From assembly GCA_963695345.1 (NCBI GenBank), contig OY968769.1:960001-1024000 (forward strand): a DNA stretch of 64,000 bases, given 5' to 3'. This document shows positions 62,847 through 64,000 of this stretch, piece by piece. The stretch is from an uncultured Methanomassiliicoccales archaeon (lineage in GTDB: Archaea; Thermoplasmatota; Thermoplasmata; Methanomassiliicoccales; UBA472). Made by a program: the position numbers and the translations under genes. Below the pieces are notes generated by a model that had not been told where the DNA came from, did no database searches, and saw only the letters and a list, made by a program, of their open reading frames with translations. How positions within the stretch are numbered: position 1 is the first letter of the stretch; each line of letters starts with the position of its first letter.

Positions 62847-63665
62847 ATGGGAAGACATGTGATCGAGGCCCTTGGCAAGACGCGAGTAGTCATTGAGGAT
62901 GGAAAGGTGACGGAGGTCGGGAAGCCGGAAGTGGCATATTGTCCCCTTTTCGCCAAGCACCGCGGCATCCAACAGATCACTCCGGAAGTGGTCCGGGAGA
63001 ACGTCGAGTTCAGGATGAGGGATTTCGGCATGTGCACCGAGGCCCGCAAAATGCGGATGAAGGATTTCCTGTCGTTCGGCGTGTCCGAACTCCTGGGCAT
63101 GGCATTGTCCAAGGGAATGATCGATGCGGCGGTCATTGTCTGTGAGGGGGCCGGGACCGTTGTGGTCACCGACCCGGAGCTGGCACAGGGCATCGGAGGA
63201 AGGATCTCGGGCATACTGGAGACATCCCCGATCGAGAGCGTCATCCAAGCGATAGGCAGGGAAAGGGTGCTCGACCCGAAGACCGCCAAGATCGACCAGG
63301 TCGGCGGGGTGCAGAAGGCCCTCGACCTCGGTTTCAGGAGGATCGGGGTCTCGGTGGCGACCGGCAAGGACGCGGAGACCATCAGAAAGAAGTTGGAGAG
63401 CTCCGCGGTCATTTTTGCGGTGCATACCAGCAAGGTGTCGAGGAGCGACGCGATCAAGTTCCTGAAGAATTGCGACATCGTCACCGCCTGCGCTTCCAAG
63501 GAAGTGCGCAAGCTCATGTCCGAGGTCGATGTCATGAGATACGGCAACAAGGTCCCGATCTATGCCGTGACCGAAGCTGGCAAGAAGATCATGACTGCGC
63601 GGCTGGAACAGACCAAGGTCCCACCGGCCACCGGTCCCGAGGACCCGCCTAGGCCGCTCATCTAA
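62847..63665 (+). CDS. Methanogenesis marker protein 8 (DUF2099)
   Basis: HVIEALG, YCPLF, FGMCT, FGVSE, VCEGAGTV, GIGGRISG, CASK, PRPLI. Confidence 0.88.
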   Translation: MGRHVIEALGKTRVVIEDGKVTEVGKPEVAYCPLFAKHRGIQQITPEVVRENVEFRMRDFGMCTEARKMRMKDFLSFGVSELLGMALSKGMIDAAVIVCEGAGTVVVTDPELAQGIGGRISGILETSPIESVIQAIGRERVLDPKTAKIDQVGGVQKALDLGFRRIGVSVATGKDAETIRKKLESSAVIFAVHTSKVSRSDAIKFLKNCDIVTACASKEVRKLMSEVDVMRYGNKVPIYAVTEAGKKIMTARLEQTKVPPATGPEDPPRPLI

Positions 63666-64000
63666 AGCTGGTCGTCTTCCAGATAGAGATGTGTGCGGGA
63701 ACGCAGGAAGATGCACTTGATGCCTGCCCGGCGCAGCTTCGCCCGCATCAGCGCGTCGTTGGTGACCACGAATGCGTTCAGGTCGATCGCGGCGGCGATG
63801 ATCCCCTCATCGCCCTGGATCGCCGTCTCGTAACGCTTGTACTTGCCAGCCAGCTGCAGCGCGACGTTCTTGAACTTGCTCTTGGACCGTTTCAGCTCGC
63901 CGATGGCCGGTCCAGGTACGTACGCCTCATAGGTGCCTAAAAGACGCTGGAGCTCAAGATCGACATTGATCTTGAACTCGAAAGGCATGAGAAGCGCGTT
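63662..64000 (-). CDS. PIN-domain protein (5' end beyond window)
   Basis: NALLMPF (DTN motif cut off), GEL, GD..I, VVTND..L. Confidence 0.8.
   Translation of the reverse strand, partial: NALLMPFEFKINVDLELQRLLGTYEAYVPGPAIGELKRSKSKFKNVALQLAGKYKRYETAIQGDEGIIAAAIDLNAFVVTNDALMRAKLRRAGIKCIFLRSRTHLYLEDDQL

Overview
Archaeal chromosome segment, most likely a Methanomassiliicoccales-type methanogen (Thermoplasmata). The basis is methanogenesis marker 8, thermosome, PAN, aMBF1, GINS, pantoate kinase and CTP-dependent riboflavin kinase alongside grpE-dnaK-dnaJ and DUF835. Most of the window is housekeeping: PolX, a complete AMP-salvage operon (R15P isomerase, form III RuBisCO, AMP phosphorylase), a chaperone cluster, gcvPA/PB-tmk-coaBC-pok, prs, proS, trmI and purSLQ. 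An accessory block (~29.4-40.8 kb) abuts the 3' end of tRNA-Lys(CTT). The most notable items are a pentameric ligand-gated ion channel homologue (51197-52194), a RuBisCO with an atypical GGLTNGKDDE motif, a zinc-ribbon membrane protein with a pilin-like C-terminal domain, a multi-Fn3 surface protein with hydrophobic loop insertions, and a bacterial-like DUF4386/MDR-oxidoreductase/2TM/DHA2 module with palindromic operator candidates. At least seven genes carry single-base frameshifts, including purL; these most likely reflect long-read sequencing errors. No CRISPR array, integrase or IS was seen. All family calls come from motif recognition by eye, not database searches.
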